From Antedon mediterranea (Eukaryota; Animalia; Echinodermata), in assembly GCF_964355755.1 (NCBI RefSeq), contig NC_092680.1:4030001-4094000 (forward strand): a stretch of 64,000 nt of DNA, written 5' to 3'. This document shows positions 52,001 to 64,000 of this stretch, one piece after another (within the stretch, counting starts at the first letter, position 1; every line of letters starts with the position of its first letter). Below the pieces are notes generated by a model that was not told the origin of the DNA, made no database searches, and saw only the letters and a program-made list of their open reading frames with translations. The position numbers and the translations under genes were made by a program.

Positions 52001-54130
52001 GCCAAGGTACATTTGAATTACTGTACTAAATAAACATCGTAAATGATAATTCTATTTCCTAATAATATTAATAAATATGTTATCAGGATCACTATCAAAA
52101 CATTATTATTATAATTAAAGAGTGAATGTTTGATATGTGGCGCCGATGAGTCGCTGAGACCAGACTACAACACAACTTAAATAGGGCGTATGGGGTTAAG
52201 GTCGTAAGTTTTTAACATTTATTTAAGTTAGTCCTGATTTCTCCATGGTTAGTATAAGGGTAAAATTGTCGTTTTATTAATACTGTACAATACATCTATC
52301 TAACTGACTTGCAACCGTCAGTTAAATTATCCATATTTCTACAAACTTGAACACTCTTCGCCGTTCACACGGACCGATATTTTTTTCACACAAACGCTGC
52401 AGTAACTTCAAATAAAACATGAATTTTAAATATTATACCAGGGAAGAAACGATCGTATATATACGTATATGCCTAACCAGTGTCAATACGGAAGCGTTAG
52501 TCGATGGTTTAAATTTAACAACATTGTTATAAAAAAGGAAAGAAAAAAACTACAAAACTGCATGACAAAGACTTCTTGTCCGTATTTATCAATACAAACA
52601 TTGAAAATAAACAGATTATATTCAGAAATTTTAATTGCTTGATAGTTTTAACAATTATGAATATTACATTGTTTGTATCTAACCATAGAGATATTTATGA
52701 TCTGTAGTACCACTTTAATATAAAAGAATATTATAATCTATCCAACCGTTCAATCTTTGTATTTGTTCCGTTGGCAAACGGTATATTGAAATGTTTGTAT
52801 ACATTTATCTTGTATCGTTTAATATAAACCACAACAAATCGTTTCTGAAATCTGAATGTAAATTTACTATAGATAAGATACATTAGTTGTTGGGACCATA
52901 GAGATATTATAGTTCACTATAATATCTCTATGTTGGGACTAAAGGGTAACTGGTGTATTACTCAGCTATATGACAAATTGACATGGGAATTAGGTAAAAT
53001 ATAAACTTCTACAGCCACATTAACGGTGACAAACGTTAAACCCCTCAGTGATTATGCTGGTTGATACCGTATGCATGGGATGATCACCCCACACACATTA
53101 AATGCCGAACCCTAACCCTCAACCACCACTTCATCTTCTGTGTGGTGATCATCCTGACCCGCGGACTCGTTTAGTTTTGATCGGTTGATGCAAGGGTTAC
53201 GGTAACTCTTTTTTTATACTGTATAACGTGCAGTTAGCCCCATCTTGAAATGGACATTTTTGTCTGCTGTTTCCTTTTTGTTTTTCTTTTTTTATATTCC
53301 AGGTGGAATACCATCCTAATGAGATGCGAGTGCGTCTTACCAGTACAGTTAATTTTGTTGTTAATTTGTACGTAATTTTACTTTCTATGGACCACAGATT
53401 CCGAAATAAAAGATTGAATGAATGAAATTATGAATAACGCTGACTGTATTTAGGCGTAGTCAATACCAGTAGAAATATTCCATTGTTTTGCTAATATAGA
53501 AAGCGTTCTTCCCCTTAAGAATGTAAAAAGGAGCGTCTAACAAGAAAGTCGTGGGAATTCCGTAACGTTAAGATAACATTGTTTAATGTTACGATCCTAT
53601 TGTTTTAAGGAGCTTTGTCTATAATGTATTGAAATAGAAATAGCATCCGGCATACTTCTTCTTTCTTGTTTCTCTTAGTTTCGTTTCCCCTGTGATGGAC
53701 GTTAGTATTCATATTATGTTCGGACAACAAGAAATGTCTTGTAATTACCTCTCTTCATTCTTATTATTCGGCTATACGTCGTGAAAAACATTTACAAACA
53801 CCACCCCGATTGCTAAACTTTCCATTCTGCGATTGCCGCACTATTTTTTACAAACACCGCTAAAACTTCCCATAACAATTGCTTCTAAGCATTATGTATG
53901 GCCACCCTGAGACAATCTTTATTTAGCAGGATTGCCTGGTGTCATTTATAGTTACACGGGTCATAAGTTTGGTAGTAGAAGTCAATACGAGTCACTGGTT
54001 CCTAATGGCGTACATAAGTTTAGTATCAGAGCAAACATCAAAGCGGCATTGCCTTGTTTCTTGGACTGGTCGACCATGTACATGTACAGTATTGCCTATA
54101 CAAACAGAGATTTGCATACAACGTATAAAG

Positions 54131-54240
54131 ATGTATATATATGTATATGTATATATGTATATGTATGTATGTATATACATGTATATGTATATATATATAT
54201 ATGTATGTATGTATATATGTATATGTATAAAGATGTATAT
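54131..54240. repeat. (TA)n/(TATG)n microsatellite
   Basis: Directly visible. Confidence 0.95.
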
Positions 54241-57200
54241 TGTAATATTTGTTTATCTGCAAATAATGAATACTTTCTTCCTAAAACTTTCAAGTAATAA
54301 AAGGTTGAAGTAATAAAAGACAATATATTGAACTACAGTATATATCTATTTTGAATTTGAAGCTATACGATGATAATTTTCAAAAACATTCTGTTTAACT
54401 CATCTTTTCGCATATATACAATATTTAAAATTAATTGCAGCGGTTATAAATAAGATTTTTTTTAAATGTATATGCGTTTAATCCTAACACCATTATAAAA
54501 GTTGAGTATTATTTTTCTTTTTTGACAGGTACATTAATAAGAAAAGTAACCACACTGAAGGCAATTAACCGGAAGTGTTCATGCGCAAATGATTGTATTA
54601 ACAAAAAGAATGAAAATACCCGCCAGAAAATGAATGTATCAGTGTAATTAGTTGCTTCACTTGACGAATATAAAAACACACACTATCACCGTGGGTAAAC
54701 TATAAAGAAAATTAAAATGCATTTCCAATGGCTTAGCACCAGACTTTTAAAAGAAACCTCCTAGTCCATAGCCTGCGGGTTTTAAATCGTTGTTCATACA
54801 TATTAGTTCTGATTGAATAAACAGTTTTTCTTCAAACACAAACGGGTTTTATCGATAAAGCTTGTCAAATGTAAACATTTTACAATTTACAACAACACAT
54901 TTAGCCATTCATTAAAAGAATAATAGTTAGTGTTTGATTATGATTTGTAAAATAAAAAAGAAAGAGATTTGTACATGACCCTTTTCGTCCCACATTCAAA
55001 TTCTGCTGAGAGATAAATCCGATGTATGATCCAGGGTTTCGGAAATTTGTTTATAGGAAACTTAATAGTAATTAAGTGGCTGAACCTAATTTATGTTCAT
55101 TTTCATGGATTTTACCTCAATTATATTATTGATCTTTTAAATTATTAGTGAATAACAAACAAATAAAACAAAATAGAGGTAAAAAGGTAGTGCATAGATA
55201 AATGGTTTTCAAAGAACTGGGCTTTTCAGGAGTGAGGAACATTTTGAGGCGAATGTCCCATGGTCCATTTTACGAAGGATCTACACAGGTTCAAGGGTCA
55301 AAATCATCATGAAACTTTCAAATAATCTGATTCATATAAATTTATAAAATAAAGACATATGTCAATCAATCACTTCCATATTCCCTTGACACATTGTACC
55401 TAAACTGTGCCTTCTCAAATTACTTCCTACTGTCTCACAATTATGTCATACTGAAATTAGACATGACCTACTTATACATTTTCTATTCCTATCTATACCT
55501 ACATATGGCCCACCCACTCTCATCCACGTATGGATCATGCGACATTGTAGGCCCTGTTTACAACTTTACACTGGTCGGAAGGTGATGAGGAAATAGAGAA
55601 CAAGAGTAATTTGGAAGCTTTTTGTAACTTCTGGGATTGCCGGGAGGGGAGGGGGTTTAATGGGGTGAGATATTCATAGGTCTGCATGCAAAATAATGCG
55701 CGTATTTCACCTAGACAACTCGCCCATGGCAACGAAACTTTTTGTGCTGATCACTGATTGGTCGAGAGCAATAGTCTTTATAATAAGCCCATTCTTATAT
55801 TTCGCTCATACGATGTTGGACCATTGAGGTATCATACCTCCGTATAGTTGAACTAAAGTATTTATATGGAGTAATTTAATTCTCGGCCCCGCAGACATTA
55901 GACTTTAAAAAAAATCGATGTTTCCCTCGCTGGTTACCATTTCATCATTAACTTTAATTCATCATTCATTTCCTCACTGAGGACAAATATTAATACAAAA
56001 TACAAAAATACAAAATACAAATTTCTTTATATTATTTTATTTCGGATAGTACATCCATATACAAATCATACAAAAAAAAAACAAGAGAAACAATTTCACC
56101 AGAATATTAAAAATATACGTATTGTGATGACTGTCAAATTAATATTAATTTATTTTATATCTACTATTTATACTAAATCCGAAATATGTAGGGTACATCA
56201 TTCCCATAACAGGGTAACAGTTGACTGATTTTCTTCTGATGGTTTGATCGATTTTGTCGCTATTACGTTTGGTGGGCTGAGGTTCAAAAGTTGAACGAAC
56301 GACTATACAGACAAATCACTGAGGAAGCTCAGCGATTGGTAGAATTTTCCCGGAGGGCGCGACCTTGGCCCCGGTTCGTCCCTTGCACTTTCCATTCAAG
56401 AATCCAGTGAGCTCCAAATAAACGTGACTGGATCCGGTCGTGACCTCAATCAGCTGTTTTTTATGTGAAATCAGTCGGGGAGACGGATTGCCTAGTTAGG
56501 GCGCTTCTGATTGGTCTCGACGGGGTGAGGCTTATCGCCTACATTATTTTATGTTAATAAATGTATTATCATTTTGTAAGCATAACCACATTAATTTTAA
56601 ATCGTTGACATGGTGTCATAGGGTTTAATTCGATCGATCATTGCATTGGTTAGTTAAGTAAATATTATTGTATTGTTCGAGTCTTATGAATACTTGTGTT
56701 ATTAATTGTACTTCGTTACGACTACCAGGGCCGTAGCTAGGATCTGTCAAGGGGGGGTTCGCACACTAAGTATTTGGGTAACCCCCACCCCCATACCTAC
56801 CCCTCCCCCCTGGGGTGGGGCCTGACTACTGTGTATTGAAAAGGTTTCTGTTTATAAAAATCACATCAAAGTGCAGCTTTTTAAATACCAATACTTCCCT
56901 TCCCAAAAGTGGGAATATCTACAGCATTTTTATACTGTATGCTAATAATAGTAGAATCGAGAAACATTTTGGACCAAACAAAATGTCCCCTCAGTCCCTC
57001 GTTCGTCGTGGTAAATTATTGTAAGTGAAACCGTTTCTCATTCAAAAATTATTGTACACAAACAACGTTTTAAGTTGACATAACACTGGGGGGGGGGGGG
57101 GGTAACTAATTTATACAGTATTTTAGTTACAGTCATGAAATAGTAATGTTTATTTTTTCTCCATAGAAGCGAATTAAAAAATGCAGTTAACAACAGTACT

Positions 57201-57971
57201 GGTTAACAAAAGACGGTAGCAATTTAAATTCCATTAAATAAAATTTAGACTATAACATTTCTATTTTTATGAATGAATTATTGTATTTTCACTTTTGACA
57301 ATCAACTTGAAGCTATTGTTTGGGACTTTCTTTCTTCGACCAAATCGGATGAATACATTCGAATTGATTGTGCACCCCCCATGTGTAAATTTAACAATAT
57401 CATGCCGCACGTCTACCGGAAATACTTTATTAAAAAATTGTATTCTTTAGTGAAATTTGAGAAGACCTCGCTTTTATATCCAGGGTATTTTAACAATAAT
57501 ACCTGTGTAAAGTATTTGTATTGTTGATTATCTTTTGTATGCTATTGTTTGTTTTTGTTGTTAAAAGATTTAAAGGTTTATTGGAGTATTCAAGAATAAA
57601 ATCTGTGGCGTACTATTCATACAGCATTGGTCATCTCGTTGCCTACTAACCCAGTTACTTATAGGGCCAATATCGGCTGATGATTCACCATTGTTCATTG
57701 TTAGGTTTCATTTCATAATAATGATTTGGAAACTTTATATTTTACAGGATTAAACTTTTAAAATGAATGCGTTGTGTAAAAACACGCTGGGAGCCAAACT
57801 AATGTTTAGAAATTCATTTCATGCATTGTAGACATTTGTTATTTTTATTGCGTGTTTTGGTTTTCTTTGTTAGAAAAAGACAATTTAGTAATTCAGATTA
57901 TATATAGGCCTATGCCTAAGATATAAACAAGTAGGAAAACATCAAATTCGTGAAATAAAACCTATTATGTA

Positions 57972-58114
57972 CAGGGCCGTAGCCAGCACGAGGCTGATTT
58001 TCAATTTCCACCACCAACCCCAATTTCTCAGCACATATCGTCGTATTTTATATTAATTATTATATTTACAGCATCTTTGCTTCGTCTGTTTTTAACCTCT
58101 CGCTACGGCCTTTG
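57972..58114. mobile_element. hAT-like MITE (another left end at ~56726)
   Basis: CAGGGCCGTAGC ... GCTACGGCC inverted termini. Confidence 0.5.
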
Positions 58115-61100
58115 TTTCTTGTCGATTAAACTGAGGAGACAGATATAGGTCTATAAGATGAGATATTTATATTTTGTTGAGAGTTTCAAAGAATTGTATC
58201 ATTGAAATTGCTAATCAGGGCAAATACAACACGAATGCAGAATTGTATCAGAAACAGGTTAATTATTATCAGTAGGTGCCATTGAGTCTCACAGCACCCC
58301 TATCGAGGGTTACACAATCAGTCGAGTGCCTGCCACACGCTTTTGTTATCCAGAGTAGCAACTACCGGATACCTATTGAAATACCTAATCCGCCTTTCCG
58401 AGTTATTTCCAAATCTAAATATTATAACATATGAATACGCGAGTCCACATCCTATCTGTATATGATAGGAACGCGTTTAATTATCGCGCCACACACCTGG
58501 GATTCCGTTGAAAACCAAGGCCACTAAGCGGTTTATTCTGTATTACTTTAATATTATAAAGTATAGTATTTGGTAATAACCTGAGTGTAGACTCTATATT
58601 TCTTATACAAAAAAGTTATCAATTTACGGGAGTTCAGCGGTACAACGAGGACGAACCGGTTTAATCCAACCGAAGGAGTTTTATTATCAGTTGTTGAGAT
58701 ACTAAAATTAGGTCTATTATATCACTGATCAATAAATCAATATAAAATGATGTAAGAATTGATTTACTAGACAAATGTCTTGTCAGCGTCTGTGGACGAC
58801 TTACTTAGGCCTACTTTAATAAGCTTATTTGGTTATCTGTAGGCCCTAATAAATAGGCCTAATTATAAATTATGTAAATATAAACACCTTTTTTCCAACT
58901 GATCTCTTCTGCAGCTCTAACAATTTTCCAAATAACATCATGGCCTTCGTAAATTACACAATAATATAATTCAATTTTTTTTTAAATTTATTTTTTTTAA
59001 ATATTTTGTTGTTTTGTTTATTTGGACGCACCTTGTTAAAGTTGAGGTGTGCCACTGATAAAAAAAAAGTGCAGTGCCAATAAATTTTTATTATTATAGT
59101 AGTAGTCATGTAGGAAAAACATATTTTATTTTACGATACTCGGAATGCCACTATTGGATTTACTAATCCAATCTTGCGGTTGATGGCGAACGGTGGCGGG
59201 GATTAACCTCTTGTTTGAAGCACGGATCAAGGGGGATCAGACTATTATAGATTAAGCCTAAACTTTTGCGGATCCAATTATGAAATGTAAACATAAGGCT
59301 ACATATAAACAAAATACATGTTCAACGCTGTTTAGCATGACATACAAAAGCAGGAGGTACTGTAATGGAATTGTTTCCATTTCTGTCAAAAATGTGATTC
59401 TCGATTTCTGCTGAATACAAAATTATCAGATTTTTTTTTTCATTCTCGGGCAGTTTTGATCATAAATAGAGTATCTTCTTAATCTTATAAACAGATACCT
59501 GATAAACGGTACCTATACGACGGAAAGAACCAAATTGAAAAATGACACGGGCTATGTAAAACCAATTAATAAATCAATTAATTGATGGTGATGTTGATAA
59601 CAATAGTATTAATTGGTGATTCAGGGACCCAACGTCCACTGAAATAGAAGTTGCCTTAATTATTCCAATCGTTTACAGGCCGGGAAAGTCTCCCATAATA
59701 GGAGTGTCCCTTACAACCAGGAAATCTGAAAGAAAGCCGAGCTCGCCTTGCCAAGATAGGAACACTCCTTTGATCTTATATCTAGCCTTGACAAAATAAC
59801 AATAATTATACTGTACATTATTCTTTGCGGTGTGCAGTGTCTGATAAGGGGCGTTATACTGATCGTGTCGCAGCAACAGATAAACCCTTTGATCTCCGGA
59901 GTTCATCATCATTAAACAGTGTCACCTGATACCGAGAGTACACTGTTTCAAAGTAGGAGTTCAGTAAAACAATTCAGTTTACACGGTAAAATCATTTTGA
60001 TATAAACAATGAAGATTATTCCATTAATTAAAACATTATAGAACTGACCATAATACTTTGCAGCATGTTTCAGCCAGACTGCAAGTAAACAGGGCGTGTC
60101 CTAACGGCCTAATCTGTCAAATATAAAACATAAATACGCGCATCAGTTGAACCATTACTGTGATTACAAGTCTGATCAATAAGTTCCGAATTATAGTAAT
60201 TAACCCTCTGCTTGTAACCATGGCTTCAACACGCGCATTACGCCGTAATACAATAATTATCAAAACATTCAAACCCCAAACAAAGTATTGTCTGCGTTCC
60301 TAATCGGATGATTGATTCTTGATTAAGCAGACTAATTAAAATAATCAAATCAAATTGAGCTATTATATTTTCTTCTGAGAAGTAACCAGATTGTATCGAT
60401 CTATGCAAGCGTTGTTGTACTGCTGTCACAGACCGAATGTTGACCCCGAGTTAAAATATCATATCGCATGCAAACGCGTTGCTTACAATCATTTGTAAGT
60501 GAAAGGAGTGATTAATGAAGAATGATAATAATTAATGAAACTATATAAAATAATGTGAGGAGCCCCCACCGTCGGGATCCCCACAGAAAACAACTATTCC
60601 TTTTCACCTGTTTTCATCTTCCGTGGCCGTTTTTTAGGTTCTTAAATGAGGAAAAACACAAACCCTTAAAATTGGAAGAGGCATGACACTTTGGTCGTAT
60701 ATGTTTGTATAGTGATAAAAATGAAGATGATGAGGAAACACCAGTTTATATAGTTATTTCCAATGTGTATATTGCCTATACAGTACTGTAGTACCATATT
60801 GAGGGACACCTTCAGGAGGTCACGAGTGTCCCTTCAATAATGGGGTTGTTGATGGGTTGAAACATATATTATATTGCTCATCATCCATAGGAAAGTGTCT
60901 CAAAGGAAGGGTTCTATACGTATCAGTACCATATATGGCTGTGTCATGGGTGGGAGTAGAGTGTTACTGTAATTTAATTGTGCTAGAGGGCGACAACGAC
61001 CGGAAACATTTTGACTACATTCCGTTTGGTAACAATGTATCACATTAATGAGGGGGATTGGTTTCGGCTTCCCACATAATTTAAAGTAGTAACGTGGATA

Positions 61101-61980
61101 ATAGAAATATTTTGAGATAAAATGGGTTACGGAAAGTTCATGGTCTGTAACTTGGAAACTTAACATGATGGTGTAAACAAAACATTCCAAATAAACCACA
61201 AATTAGCGTCCTTATTTCGGAGAAGAAACAAATATCATGTTTAATATTCTCCAGTTTTTTTTCATACAATTCCTAATAAAATACATTTTTTGCCATAGGT
61301 GTGGCCACTACATAACCACAACCGTTCAGCATTCTTCGATCGTGTTACCATATTCTGCAACTTTTTCTTTCACCTTTGTAGGCCTATCATGTTATAAATT
61401 GTTGGCCTATTAATAGGCGTTTTTGACTGGTCTGTTTGTATTGTTTATATTGAGCTTTTCAAACCTCTCGCTGTTTTTCAAGCAGTGCGAGTATATTGTA
61501 AGTCTACGTCTTTTGCGACCAGTTTGAGGAGCTCAAACATGACTGCCTAACATTAGCAGTTTTTGTTTACCATGAGCCGTTACGTGTTCTCTGTTTTATT
61601 TTTGAAATTTATTTTATTATTATTAAGCTCCTTATTGTGTTTTAATGTTTTGTATTTACCGGAAATGAAAGTGAATGAGGAATACTTTTTTTTTCTAAAT
61701 TAAGGTGGTTTCATATATCATTGGGTGTCAAAGGTAATCGTACTTATACAGGTTATTGAATATTGTTGGTCAAAATTGACCTACAACAAACTTCTAAATT
61801 AGTTTATTTAAAAATAAAATAAATTGCCAATGCTCTAATGGCACCAACATTAGTACGTCACAGACGGATTCGAGCCCACCACCCCTCCTTCCAACCTAAA
61901 ATTAGACAATTATGAAAAAAGACATTGTTGACCACCATACACTTCATTTTAAAATTTTAGTTAAAAAACCGGTTGGCCTA

Positions 61981-63917
61981 ATATGGAGGTTTCATGGTAT
62001 TTTTTTTTATAATGGTTGGAGAAAAAAAAATTGTAGGTTAAATAATAGATCATGGTTATATTGTACAGTCTGTATCTTACAGTCAGTGAACTTTTAGAGT
62101 ACTTTAGTATGATGCCAGCTAGACAAAAATGGAACAAGATTAAACATTCCTTATTTATCATTCTGCATTTCCGTGTTTACAAAAACTGTCTAGTCCAAAA
62201 AGTCGGCTACATTTTTTTTTTATTTAGAACAGTTTTTAATTATGTCACGTTGTTTAAAAGGAAGATATCCTTGTTAATATAAGTTGATATCATACTTAAC
62301 TGAACTTAAATCCATTCAAACGTGTCTCAATTTGACATTCTTTACCACAGTACAGCTGTGAGCATGATAGAGTTTCGCAGTTAAAATAAATTGAGCCTTT
62401 ATTTTAAGACCACAGGCAGAACTATATGGAAAACCAAACCCCCGAAAAATACATAATAAACCACTAATTCGTAGAATATTTTGGCACATGTGGCGTTTCA
62501 TACGTATACTACTTGAGCTTGAAGCTTGTATTTCAGACCAGGGAGTTGTTATTATAATAACAACTCCCTGTTCAGACAAACATCGAAAATCATCGAAATA
62601 ACTACAGACTTGGGGCAAGTCTATACTTATCTTATGCAGTTCATTGAAAACTTAAAATATTCACCTAATGTCTACACATCCAATACAATGTGTGACCATC
62701 TACCAGTAGGCCTACCACTAGCCAAAAAAGACCAAACAAACTACCCATAGGTTAAACACGAACAAAGAAAGGATGTTGAGCCCAGGCACCGATAAATGTA
62801 TACGTTAATACAAGTATACCCGATCGACTCATTTATCAATATTTCATTTAATTCATGAACATTTAAACAACGCAGACATCTAAATTATATAGTTCATCGA
62901 ATTCCAATTCTAATGCATTACCTGTTTTATGCACCGTTCGCCTGTTTATCAGTTGAAATAACTGTTTTGCACACGATACGCTCGTCTGAAGTTCAACCAT
63001 TTTACTTTCCAAACAAACATGGCGGAAGCAACTGTTTTGCACACGATACGCTCGTCTGGAGTTCAAGCATCGACAGCGGGTTTTCGCACCAGACGTCTGT
63101 TCTTGTGTTGAAGTGTTTGCATACTTTTGATTGGCCAGTTTTACACACCGTTCGCTTGTTCGTGATTTCATTAATTCATTCGACAACTTTTCAAACGAGA
63201 GTCTTTTTTTTTGGTTAGGCGCCAGTTTTGCACGCGTGTACGTGAATTAAAGTGATGACATTTAAACCTTTGAAACGGCAGATTTTCGCACATTTATTTT
63301 TAAAAAGTTTTACTAATATCTGTTCGATTTTCCTTTGTTTTTTTGTCATAATTTTCCAAATATGTACATAAATTGTTCCCAATTGTTCGTATATGTTTCG
63401 AGCCCACCTTCAATTAGAAATTTATGATAAAATTGTTTACTGCTGCATACTCCATTTTACGGTAATATCTAATTATGGAGGTTTCATTTCATTATTTTTT
63501 TTATAAAGGTTGGAAACAATTTTTTTTAGGTTAAATAATAGATCTGGGTTATATTGTACAGCCTGTATCTTGCAGTCAGTTAACTTTTAAAAGTACGGTA
63601 CGTGATGCCAACTAGACAAAAATGGAACATTCCTTATTTATCACTCTGCATTTTCGTGTTTACAAAAAATGTCTAGTCCAAAAGTCGGCTACATCTTACG
63701 ATACAAAATATACAACGCCAATTTAGAAACGTTTTAAATTATGTCAGGTTTAAATGAAGATATCCTTCTTAATTTGAGATCATAATTTCCTGTCAGCACA
63801 GCAAAGTTAGTAGTCAAATCAAGCGTGTCTCAATTTGACATTCTTACCACCACAGTAGGTGTGGGATATGATAGAGTTTCGCAGTTAAAATAAATTGTGC
63901 CTTTATTTTAAGACCAC
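61981..63917. repeat. Diverged direct repeat of ~440 bp (61981..62415 and 63473..63917)
   Basis: Colinear blocks tatggaggtttcat...ggttatattgtacag...ctagacaaaaatggaac...tgatagagtttcgcagttaaaataaattg...ttttaagaccaca. Confidence 0.8.
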
Positions 63918-64000
63918 ACCAGACCAAACAAGAACAATCCACAGACGTTCATTAGCCCATAATTACTAACACATCCATCCATTTAATGATGCCTCTCCTG

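Noticed and set aside
52142-52172. CCGATGAGTC...GAC hammerhead-like core
   Set aside because: Lacks the required CUGA and GAAA nucleotides.
53108-53120. Telomere-like CCCTAACCCT
   Set aside because: Fewer than two units; not an interstitial telomere array.
53932-54323. Tyr/Ile/Met-rich ORFs
   Set aside because: Translations of the (TA)/(TATG) microsatellite.

Overview
AT-rich, intron-containing animal genomic DNA, probably an invertebrate deuterostome such as an echinoderm; the taxon is inferred from gene and repeat style. Two convergent protein-coding genes reconstruct with canonical GT-AG splice sites and consistent phases. (1) An 11-coding-exon Src-family tyrosine kinase on + (10447..20474, 824 aa) has SH3, SH2, kinase domain and C-terminal Tyr. 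Its N-terminal unique region is expanded to ~378 aa by a His/Asp-rich 7/14-aa tandem repeat followed by a PxxP motif. (2) A myc gene on - (CDS 35991..35400 + 33989..33394, 395 aa) has all Myc boxes, bHLH-LZ, a probable non-coding first exon, and a long 3' UTR with let-7, miR-125, miR-34 and miR-7 seed matches. The rest is non-coding: LINE fragments, a Helentron-type element, Harbinger/Kolobok/hAT-type MITEs, SINEs, a ~6.5 kb palindromic-module satellite with a tandem duplication between the genes, and a ~27 kb gene-free region upstream of myc. That region holds several tiny TIR palindromes with 7-8 bp TSDs that resemble P-element excision footprints. No rRNA, tRNA or CRISPR is supported.
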